Source: Diadema antillarum
Taxonomy: Eukaryota
Length of the DNA stretch: 64,000 nt
Direction of reading: 5' to 3'
NCBI RefSeq assembly: GCF_040938485.1
Contig: NW_027272472.1
Span: 558,001-622,000 of the forward strand
Shown here: positions 23,275-33,550 of the stretch, one piece after another
How positions within the stretch are numbered: position 1 is the first letter of the stretch
How the letters are laid out: the number at the start of each line of letters is the position of its first letter
The notes under the pieces: model-generated
The model's database searches: none
What the model was told of the DNA's origin: nothing
Seen by the model: the letters and a program-made list of their open reading frames with translations, nothing else
Made by a program: the position numbers and the translations under genes

Positions 23275-26200
23275 CGCAACTTACTGTTACTCAGAGAAAG
23301 AGACAGACAGGCATACAGACAGACAAATAGACAGACAGACAGTTAATGAAGAGGGAAAGAGGGAGAGGAGGGGGAGGGAGGATGCGAGGTAGAGGGAGCT
23401 AGCTGACTCTAGGACATGAAGATATTAAAAATTAATTGACACCTCAAAGTTCACGTCTCCCGTGCAGCAGACCTCCTGGCAGAGGCAACAGGGTCCCCGA
23501 ACTTTGAGAACTGTGTTACCATGGTGATCGAGGATGTCCAGGTGAACCTTCCAAGGGCTGAGACTACATCCGGGACATATGTAAAGTAAACTTGACAGCA
23601 GGATTCGTAATGAGGAATATGAGAAACAATGAATTTGCTGAGATTCGACAGCCTTCTTTCAAAGTGTTTTGACCTCTTAGAGAGCGTTGCAAGAAAGTTG
23701 CTATCAATCACGTCAATTGCAAATCCTCAAAATCAATTGCAAGTCTTGCAGCGATCACAAATTTGCAATCAAATGCAAGCTACAATTATTATGTTATAGA
23801 AGAAAGATGCAGGTGATTGCAAATCAATTCTAACTTGCAATTGATTGCAAGCTCATGCAACGGTTACTTACGATTGATTCCAAGTTGCAATTGATCTATC
23901 AAATGCAAGATTTGCAATAGATATTTGCAATCGATAGCAGCTCGACCTTTTTTGCAACACCGTCTTAAAGGCCACCGCACACTACACGATCAGACTGGTC
24001 TTAAAGTCTTAAAGGACAAGTTCACCTTCATAAACATAAGGATTGAGAGAATGTAGCAATATTAGTAGAACACATCATTGAAAGTTTGAGGAAAATCAGA
24101 CAATCCGTTCAAAAGTTATGAATTTTTGAAGTTTTTGTGCAGTACCCGCTGGATGAGAAGACTACTGCAGTGTATGAATAACTTAGATGTCACATGCGTA
24201 CAACAATATAAGGAAAATATAAAGAGAATTTCACAAAATTCCATCTATTGAAAAAAGTACACATTCCCCTGACTAGTTACCGACAAATGTTATGGGTAAT
24301 ATTATTCCCCCTGCCTTTAGAAAGAGGCAAGTCAAGTGCTCAATTATTATGCGAAAAAAGTGAAAATAAGTTGAATTTTCTTTTACATTTTCTTTATACT
24401 GTTGTACGCATATGACTCACAAGCTGTAGTAGTCTCCTCATCCAGCGGTTCCAACACAAAAATTCAAAAAATTCATAACTTTTGCATCGATTGTCCAATT
24501 TTCCTCAAACTTTCACTGATGTGTTTTACTAATATTGTTGCATTTTCTCAATCCTTATGTTTATGAAGGTGAACTTGTCCTTTAAGCCAAGCTGGGTCTT
24601 AAGACCAGTCGTACGACCGGACACCGCACACTATACGACCCGACTGTAAAGCGCGCGCAGTGCGCACTGCGTGCGCTTGCATTTTACTGCATTGTGAATT
24701 GCTGAAAGCTCACGACTGGTCGTAGAGATTCAACATGTCAAATCTCTACGACTGGCGCTAAGACCCAGTCGTACGACTAGAAAATGGCAAGACTGTGACG
24801 TCACACTTCTAGTCTTAAGGTCTTAAGACCGGTGAATCGGGGCAAAATCGTGTAGTGTGCGGCGGGCTTTAGAGTATAATACTATGAGAACACGTTATAA
24901 TGTACGTCTACCATGTCTACTATTGACATTTAAACGAGCATGCAAATACAATATATAATTATGTATACAGACTGTATATAAATAGGCCTACGATATTTGT
25001 AAGAGTAAAACATCGCTTCAAGTTTTGATCTAAGGTTTGAGGAGGGTCCAAATCTCCACTTAAAAATGCTGAATCGATTTGGACACCTAAGTTGTTTGTT
25101 TTTTCACAAAGAAATTTTATTCATACAAACATTCAGGTACAAAATAAATGTCACATACAGTACATAAAGACAAATGATCGAAATTTGACAGGCAACTGCG
25201 AAACAAATATTGTAAATGCGATTCCAATTGATATTAGATACAAAACCTTCAGTTTTCTCAGACATATATTCGTCTATACTTTCTTTGCTTGCTTTAGAAA
25301 TTGACAAAATTGGCTAAAATGTAACCATTTCTTTTTATTTCTTACAGAAAATATGAAGTATTTTTGCGTACAAATAAACTACGTTGTAATATTTTGGATT
25401 TTCTGTCGAACCAAGTATAAAGGAACTTTTAATAATCAAAATTTTCTTCTGTAACATAATTTCTTGTATTTGAGCAATAAGCCTTTGGGTAGCGTCACAT
25501 TCCCAAAACAGATGTGCATGATTGTTTCTGGAGCTCGAACAAAACGTACAGAGGTGTGCGTCACATAGCCCCATTGCAAAAAGTAATTTGTTAACACCAA
25601 TATTTCTATGCAAAATTTTATACTGAAAATAACGAAGTCTTTGATTCAAAGTACAAGATCAGGAACATTATATATTTTAGTCCAATCTAAGTTTTTGGTT
25701 AAAAATTTCTTCCCATTTTCTTTCTGATTTAGATGGTTGAAATATCCTATCACATAACATTCGATGTATATATCGACATATCTTAATTCTTTTAAACAAA
25801 TTATATATCGTATCTTCTTGTTGCGTCTTTATTTCATTATCATTTACTGATTACCTTTCAATATATTTTGTCCACTCTAAGGGGATTGCATGAATAACTG
25901 AAAAATACTCTAAAAAATTACAACAAACTACGTATTTAGCTCGAAACTGTTCAAACTTTAAAAAGGATGAACCGTCATCACTCAATTATTGTTTAATCTT
26001 TAACATATCCCTTTGAAACATAGTTTTTTAAAAACAATCTCATTATTTATACGAATTAATGAATTAAACCAAATTACCTGGTTTTTCACTTGTTCTACGG
26101 ATAACTTGGGGGGAAAGGTATATTCACACCAAGCCTTAAGAATTTCACGTATTTTCACGTATTTTCACGTATTTGGACACCTATAGTAAGTACGGGAACG

Positions 26201-27203
26201 CTCGCTACACTTATTATTATTTGTGTGTGTGTGTGTGTGAAAATACTGAAATCGAAAATTGATTAACGTATTATAATATGCATATAGATATATGAAATTT
26301 CTTTTTTTTCTTTGTTCATAAGATTTTATATCCTCATGTGCTTACGTGCTTACAGGACAGTATAAAAAGATTGATTTATTATGTGTACATACTTCTATAG
26401 ATAGATACATTCATGCATAGATATCTATATCAATTTATATACACCTTTGTTCATATAGATATCAATATGTAGGCCTATGTATGTGGGTATGTATTTATCA
26501 GTCTGACTTTGCACCTTGCATTTACTTACTAATGTATTCATAATTATTGGTCTTCCTATCTATTCAGTTTCTGATATATTCCTCAATCTCAGCTGCTACT
26601 ACCAATGAGTGTGGGTCATGGTAAACAACTATTAAGGGCAAGTCGCGCATTTGGGTCCGCTTGCGTTTACACCAATTAGAGGCCGGCCCGAGACTACCTC
26701 CTCGATGTACTCTCGGGCCGCCATTTGGTATCGCAATTTGGTACCCCATTTGGTACCGCATTTCGACTTTTGTGCGTTTACACCAACCGAAAGGCCGGCC
26801 TTTCGGTTGGTGTAAACGGGGTCTAAGTCGAAAGATCAAACTTCGGATCTTACGTCTGTCTGACTGAGCCGATCACTGTTCCCGGAGGTGATTCCACATC
26901 GATGGTATAGGCGCAGTGATTGAAGCAGGCGCAGCACGGCCAGCCGGAACAACACTTAAAAGGGCGAACTAACCGCATAACCTCCTGTATACATGGTCGC
27001 AGATGTACGAATCAAAGTAAGGAGAGAAGTATTGGTCATAATGGTCATTGTGGAAAAAAATTATATATATATATAGTCGAGACAATGTAATGATGACAAA
27101 AGCTAGCCGGCTTCCTGCAACATCTTTTGTCATCATTACATTGTCTCGACTATAATTCTTCCTAAGATGACAGAGGCGTACGGTTCGAGTATCAGCATCA
27201 TCG

Positions 27204-27248
<45 letters not shown>

Positions 27249-27648
27249 AAACATTTTGTGCCAACGCTTAAACTTCCAGGTCGTGCACTGGAGATATTAT
27301 GTAGGCGTAAGACAGTATAATTAGTATTCCACGGGAGCCGTAGCTTCTTCTTCTTATTTCCTTTATTTTGTGTTCGAGCTTTCGGCCGTGTCGGCCTTCA
27401 TCAGGATCTATGCAAACAAAATGTCATTTATTGTGCCACTACCAGTGATATTTATAACATGACAGCACATACATGTAAGTCATGTTATAAATATCACTGG
27501 CAGTGGCACATTTGTCATTTTGTTTGCCTGTCAGCTGCCTGTATAGATCCTGATGAAGGCCGACATGGCCGAAAGCTCGAACACAAACTAAAGGAAATAG
27601 GAAGAAGAAGTTATGTCTCCCGTGGAATACTAATTATATTGTCTTACG

Positions 27649-27690
<42 letters not shown>

Positions 27691-29743
27691 ACATTAAGAA
27701 ACTATATCGTAATGCTATTCCAGAAAAGTGATAATTATAAATTTTATCATCACTATCGCAATAATTTTTCTACAATCATATTATATTAAACATTGTCATT
27801 ATCATCATGTGACCAACATCATTGTCTTGTAATATTGCTATGCATTTACAATAAAAAGACAGTATATGATCAAAAGCAAATGTCTTTTACATCGTTTGCT
27901 TAATTAGCCAAAGGTCTTTCACATCATTAAGTTTGCTCAATTAGCCAGAGGTTTTTCACATTATTTGATTCGAAAATTAGAAAGGCATTTTAGCGCAGTA
28001 TCAATAGACATTCTCTACTGTTTTTTACCTGTATATCTCACAAAAGATAAATTCCAAAGTTACTCTCTAAAAAAAATCGAGTGAAAATTTTCACTCTTAA
28101 AGGAGTGAATACAAAAAAGAGTGAATTTAGAGTGAAATTGGAGTGAATTTAAAGTGAAAATGTTCATTTTCACTCGTTTTAGAGTGACGTCAGGGATCAC
28201 TCCAAAATCTTCGAGTGATCCCTGAGGTCACTCCAAAATGAGTGAATAATGAACATTTTCACTCGAAATTCACTCCAATTTCACTCTAAATTCACTCTTT
28301 TCTGTATTCACTCCTTTAAGAGTGAAAATTTTCACTCGATTTCTTTTAGAGAGTACTAATTTGCAAAGTGCAGTGTTTATTGGAAATTAATAGGTCCACT
28401 CTGAACGCTTTGCCGTATATATTTCTGTTACTAGATGTGACATGACGTGTGTTTCATGAAAGAGGACACGAAAGACAAGAAAATCTTTGCATGACGTGTC
28501 CATGATAGATTACTGTACCTTTTGGGTGTTGTCTAAAAACCCGAGCGTAAATCCACGTTGGTTTCCACAAAAATTCCTATGGCACGTTTCAGATTCTACA
28601 GTGGGGAGAAAATGGGATTCGACTTGATGATACACAAAACAAATGGCATCGGCAGACAGATTAGTAATGACCTCTTTTTTTCTGTCCCCAAACAAATACT
28701 GACAAGCAGTAATAAATAGTTGTTTGATGATACCCGAAAATGATTTGTGAAGTGAGGACATCATCATTAAATTTGATTCGTAAAAGCATAATGAACTTTA
28801 GAATGATAAGATACAAGTACATATAAATATAAATATACAATACAATAAAACGTTGCACACAAAAGAAAATCAGGCCTACCTTCAAAAGCGTAGTATATTT
28901 GTTGTCCCATAGAATTCTTGATGACATATTTATTTTCCAGCTCGTATGGAGTCACAACTGTGGTTGGAATTGAAAATGAGTAGTGAAAACTTCAAATCAA
29001 TAATTCTTGCGCAGAGTTGTTTTTATTACATGTATCATTGACAAACTGAGCTTCATAGGTGCATTAATCTGAATGTAATACGTGCGCAGTACCCGCTGCT
29101 ATAAGGAATCAGAACCATCACTGTCCTGTCTGACAAGTTTCATGAGGTTGTTGGTTCGAATCCCATGTAATCGTATTCTCATGATTTTTATCATGGCTAT
29201 AGTACTGAAACACCGAATAATTCGTGTTTATTTACAACGGTGAGGGGCAATTTGTCAATCAGTTGCAATACAAACATCTTCTTATTTGGTTGTCATAAAA
29301 CTGGTCTTGGCAATGAAAATAGTCAGAATACTGGGTAGTATATACACGCATGTCTATACGAATCGAATTGCTCTAATATTATCTATCAAAGCTTTTATGT
29401 CATATTCGAAACCAGATAATATCAAGCAAAGGAAATAGATTATACGATCAATGCGATTGTTGATATTAGAAAAAATCACCCTAGCTTTAAATCCTTGCTC
29501 ACTATACCTAGGTAAAACATATGATAGCTTGTACAACAAACTATACAGTACATTTTTTTTCTTCAGATAATCTATGAGCTCCCTCGTGGAGACGATATGA
29601 GCTCCCACGTGGAGACATGGTATAATTAATATTCTTGTTTAATATCTCTAAGATTTATAATGTTTGTTTAAGTTAGTATTGTCTGGGGCAAATTATTTGT
29701 ATAGGGCCCCAATTTTTTTTTCTCTTCTTTCTTTCTTTCTTTA

Positions 29744-29781
<38 letters not shown>

Positions 29782-31010
29782 GATAATCTAAGCTGATTTG
29801 AAATGCTAAATTTTCAACTTTCCTCTCAAAATGGTGTAAAGTGACCAAATCCAAATAAACGAAATAATGGCAAAATATCGACATCTCGACAGTCTGCCTT
29901 TTTTTTTGGGGGGGGGGGGGGGTAGCGTATCGTACTGAGGGTAGAGTTTTTATATTTTTCTTTATCTCTTTTGATAGTATCAGTAACATACACTTTGTTA
30001 ACAGTATTCATGTATGGATGTGGAATCAGTTTCTAAAATAGCAGATTATACAGCTAATAGTCTGCAATGTGCAGTGATGGAGATGCTAAGTATACTATAA
30101 ACTCATGAATTAAACACAATGCCCACAATAAATGGTCATCTCAAACGTACGTTCAAAAAGCTCGACGACCTGGTGTACGAGAACCTGATCGACGAGGGCA
30201 AGATATTCGAGACCAGAGGGACATCCACTGACCCCACCTGGCCTATCCATCCACTCTACAGGGGGTGCTGACAGCCCCATGGTGACCGTCTATCAAGTTT
30301 GTCAATTTTATCAGAAAGAAGGAGAAAAATAGGTGAGATATTAATAAGAATGTCCAATAATGTCCAAGAAATGATGTAAGTATATAATGGCGCAGATAGC
30401 AATAATGTTCACGTAAAAAAGAGTACATACATGGCGAGAGATTCATAATATCTAAGATATTTTGATGATTTCTTTTCAATAGCGAAAATCACTTTAGTAT
30501 ATCTCAGATATACTAAATTGATTTTCGCTATTGAAAAGAAATCATCAAAATATCTTAGATATTGTGAATCTCTCGCCATCGTGGTCTTTCCATTTATACC
30601 GTGATGGATTTGTAAGATAAGATAGGGAAAGGGAATGACCGTGCACTTCAAAAAGAACAAAGTAATTCTCCCTATATAGTCGGCGGACAAGATACATTTA
30701 CGTCGATGTAGGGCAATTTGTCAATCAGTTGCAATGAAATAGTAAATATTATCATAAACACATTGAAAAATACAAAGAGCAAAGGATCGAGGCCTTAAGT
30801 AGTAAATTTACGTACCTCTGGGGCATCGGAGGAGAATTTGTAGGTCATATTAGCAGCCCCTCTGCCTGAGGTTGGCATATGTACAGCCTCATTTGTTCCT
30901 GCAAGGGGAATTTCAATCCATGGCTGCAGAAGCGACACAGCGGTCGGTGCCTGATCCACCGGGGGTGGCAGCGGGTCTTTCTCGCTCTGCCCTTCGTCTT
31001 GTTCGTCCAT
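20753..31010 (-). CDS. PLSCR: Phospholipid scramblase family protein, paralog B (9 coding exons, 313 aa)
   Basis: Minus-strand exons 31010-30816, 30289-30151, 28957-28880, 28595-28519, 26984-26854, 23563-23443, 22727-22625, 22143-22085, 20791-20753; GT-AG, phases join, 942 nt. Motifs GCPSGLEYLALVDQVLVHQ, ENKYVIKNSMGQQIYYAFE, RPFKCCSGWPCCAC, VESPPGTVIG, KVRGPCCLC, SKQWGGWVREVYTKADNFGLTFPQDLDVRTKATLMAAMFLIEFAYFERKNRRR*. Exon sizes 78/77/131/121/59 match paralog A. Confidence 0.95.
21031..21750 (-). mobile_element. Probable decayed LINE 3' end (L2/Crack-like)
   Basis: Minus strand ends AATAAA-GCTGAT-(CAATTT)4; upstream broken frames include FVYKQNG. Clade assignment is weak. Confidence 0.3.
23679..23965. 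mobile_element. MITE with internal TTGCAA(T) repeats
   Basis: AGAGAGCGTTGCAAGAAAG versus reverse complement of the end AGACGGTGTTGCAAAAAAG; many TTGCAATC/GATTGCAA units inside. Confidence 0.55.
23969..24868. mobile_element. Harbinger-like MITE hosting a nested insertion
   Basis: AGGCCACCGCACACTACACGAT...ATCGTGTAGTGTGCGGCGGGCT, flanks TAA/TTA. Confidence 0.7.
24013..24581. mobile_element. Kolobok-like TTAA MITE nested in 23969-24868
   Basis: TTAA|AGGACAAGTTCACCTTCATAAACATAAGGATTGAGA...TCTCAATCCTTATGTTTATGAAGGTGAACTTGTCCT|TTAA, a perfect long TIR. Confidence 0.85.
25090..26170 (-). mobile_element. 5'-truncated L1/Tx1-clade LINE (zf-RVT C-terminus)
   Basis: LRYFQYKILHR...LCTFC...HAHLFWEC (ORF 25335-25649) plus upstream broken frames VIWFNSLIRINNEIVF and FLKFEQFRAKY...NFLEYFSVIHAIPLEW. 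AATAAA and A-rich tail near 25090-25112; 13-bp TSD ATTTGGACACCTA at 25077-25089 and 26171-26183. Confidence 0.85.
26618..26823. mobile_element. Paralog-B-specific insertion, Harbinger-like right end (GTGTAAACGGGGTC)
   Basis: Absent from the homologous intron of paralog C (43410-43458 reads ACCAATGAGCGTGGGTC-TAAGTCGAAA); contains a perfect 44-bp palindrome at 26775-26818. Confidence 0.6.
27072..27154. repeat. 83-bp hairpin (31-bp perfect arms)
   Basis: TATAGTCGAGACAATGTAATGATGACAAAAG / CTTTTGTCATCATTACATTGTCTCGACTATA with a 21-nt spacer. Confidence 0.9.
27372..27408 (-). ncRNA. Minimal type-I hammerhead ribozyme motif (minus arm, sense in paralog B pre-mRNA)
   Basis: Reverse complement reads GAUC-CUGAUGA-A-GGCC(GACAC)GGCC-GAAA-GCUC-GAAC-ACAAAAUAAAG; predicted cleavage after position 27376. 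Confidence 0.6.
27546..27582 (+). ncRNA. Minimal type-I hammerhead ribozyme motif (plus arm)
   Basis: GAUC-CUGAUGA-A-GGCC(GACAU)GGCC-GAAA-GCUC-GAAC: conserved core, 4-bp stem II, palindromic AGCU stem III, predicted cleavage after C27578; stem I pairs 3/4. Confidence 0.6.
28061..28355. mobile_element. Whole-length foldback MITE built of GAGTGAA units
   Basis: TA|CTCTCTAAAA...TTTTAGAGAG|TA; the two halves are near-perfect reverse complements. Confidence 0.8.
30431..30579. repeat. 149-bp near-perfect inverted repeat
   Basis: 74-bp arms ATGGCGAGAGATTCA...TAGTATATCT with 2 mismatches and a 1-nt spacer; intron 1 of paralog B. Confidence 0.9.
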
Positions 31011-32745
31011 GCTGCTCTTGGGATCCTTGCAAATCAAAATATCAATATCTATTAAAATTGTCGGAAGGTTAATGAGTTCCTTGCTTTGAAAAAAAAACCA
31101 ACAACTTCAGAATCACACTGAAATGACCGGAGAAACAATTGCCTGCACTTAGGATTTCATTGTAACTAAGTTTGGATCTTTCAACCTTTCACAAAACTAT
31201 GATCACCCAGTGTTATATGAGTAGATATAGAAGGTCACCTTTTAGTATATTGCATGGAATAAGGTTGAAATCTGTTTAGTTTCACATGTTCCTTTTGCTC
31301 TGAGCTTATCGCATATTTGCGACAGTCATTTAGATGAAAAACTACTGCAGTATCGCCATAAAGAACTACTTTAGCCTAAATCATGTTTGGGATACTATTC
31401 CAGTCATCGTTTTATTTGCTAATTAGACGCGATGCCTGTCACAACGCTTGTCACCATCTAAAGCCATACACAAATAACCTGATCAATTTTTAAATCCCTT
31501 TATAGTCTACAGAACTTTAGTCCAGAGGTGTCCTGTATGGCATGCTACATTTCCGACATATCTCGCCCCTTTCAGTTTTTGGCCCACCTTCACGGTAAAG
31601 TGGTCAAAAAAGAGTTTTTGTAAACACGTATTGATGGCTTTTGCTGTGTGGGGTACGGATATTGGTGGCGACAACAGCTGTGTGAAGAACGCAACACAGA
31701 GAAATTTGAGAAATTCGTAGTATACAATCATCAAAATCATCAAAATCATGAATTATGACAACTTTCTTTGAATCCAAGTGCCATCACTGATGTATGGACT
31801 GCTGGACAGAAGAGCTGCACAAGTTCGTTAGATCACGGCAGCGCAATATAGAGAGATTAAAAAATATCTATTCATTCGTCATGAAAAGTACGCATAAGTA
31901 ATTCCTGGACTACTGACAATGTATAAGTTTAATGATATTCTCCTTGCCCTTCAAGTTACGCGGTCCTTCAATATGGGGCGTACAGGGAGATAATCATGTT
32001 TGAAATCAGCTTTACATTTTCACAAGTCCATTATTGTTAAACTATTGTGAAATCATGTATTTCATCCTCGCTATCCATCTGGTTACGGCTGGTTACAGAC
32101 AGTGTGAAGTTTTCACGCGGCATTAGTTTTGAAGAAGGCGCGTACTTCCAAACGTGCATCAAATAGCGGAGGGTTCCTTATTGTAACGGTGCGAAAGCTC
32201 GCTAACGTCACCATTATTTGGAATTTGATCGAGAAAACACCGCGAACAAAGGTTACAGGGGACTTTGACTTTTTACATGCACTGTTCGGTGCATTCTATG
32301 ACCTTTGAACTATTGTTTGGGAGTATGCAGGAAGAAAAACACAAAAGAGAAAATTCCACTTTTGAGAGATGTGCATGCTCTTTGCGTATCACACATCAAG
32401 AACACAGGATAGTGCACTGCCCTCAGCAGAATATAGATAATGGTTTGATGATTGGCATGCAAATGGGGTTATAATTAGCTCTAGAATCTGCCGTATTTAC
32501 TACTGAACTTTCTTATTTAGATGTGGAAGGCCTACATGCTGTGTTTGCCAAGCATGCTGGGAAAATGTTATGAGAGAATTTTTCAATCGATTCCACTGAT
32601 TTTTTATCTTAAGCTCTGTGATTCGATCGCATACATAAAAGTAGTAGATGTAGTACTATATACAAATGAAGCTGAATCACGCCAACCAGAAAATAGTGAT
32701 AATAATGTGTTTCTATTAATATAGATACTTCCTCACTTTGGAGTG

Positions 32746-32883
32746 CAGGTGCGGATCCAGAAATTCCGTAAAGAAGGGGCGCCTTTACAAAAAAAAATCA
32801 AAACCAAAAAAAAATAAATAAATAAAGGGGGGACGCTCGCCCGGGGAGTTCCCCCTCCCCCCCCCCCCCTTGATCCGCCACTG
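32746..32883. mobile_element. hAT-like short MITE (GGATCC family)
   Basis: CAGGTGCGGATCCAGAAATTCCGTAAAG...TTGATCCGCCACTG. Confidence 0.6.
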
Positions 32884-33550
32884 AAGTGGGTTACTGTGAG
32901 TGATAGACACGACTCTTTAACCCTCTGCATTCCACGTTAATTACCTGTCCCTAGATTTGTGTGAGAAATTTTTACACATATATTGACTCATTGGCAAACA
33001 AGGACTTGATAAAAAAGATATGTGTGATTTTCCAGTATGAGTTGCACTCTAGTATGTAACGAGGTTTGAGTTTGAGTATGAGTTTGACTTTATTTTATTT
33101 CACCACGTATCACTCACTTCAGCCAATGGTTGTTCTCCTATGAGTCCGTGTAGTTTAAAAACTATTTACATAATACAACATTTACACAACACATAGTATA
33201 GGAAACGAAAGAAAAATAAACAAACAAACAAACACACACACACACACAAAGGCAAAACATACAAAATCATTTAACATTACAAAAATAGGAATTATATAAC
33301 AGAAAAAATGATTGGCAATGTTACAGTTCAATGCAATTTATCTATCTTATTCATAAATATAAAGAAGGATACACTTATTCCATAATTTGGCACAGCAATC
33401 CCCATGGCGTTGAACAAAATCACCCCATTATGTGACCTTGGCACATACTGTAAGTGGCTAAGTAGCAATCATCATGATCAAAACACAACACAAGAATGAT
33501 GTTTCAATATCGTCATCAACATGAGTGTTTTTAGCCGGAAAATTTCTTAC

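Larger units (their letters stand above)
27302..27652. mobile_element. Foldback of two inverted Penelope-like pLTR remnants beside (TA)n
   Basis: Arms 27302-27463 and 27479-27652 are reverse complements (one 15-nt indel, few mismatches). Each arm holds a hammerhead core followed by an AATAAA-like A-rich tail. TA microsatellites at ~27205-27245 and 27651-27685. Confidence 0.7.

Noticed and set aside
23516-23530. X-box GTTACCATGGTGAT inside exon 6 of B
   Set aside because: Explained by coding sequence (DHHGNT), and degraded in paralog C.
29153-29164. GGTTCGAATCCC tRNA B-box (also reversed near 3484)
   Set aside because: No A-box or cloverleaf; at most a decayed SINE remnant.
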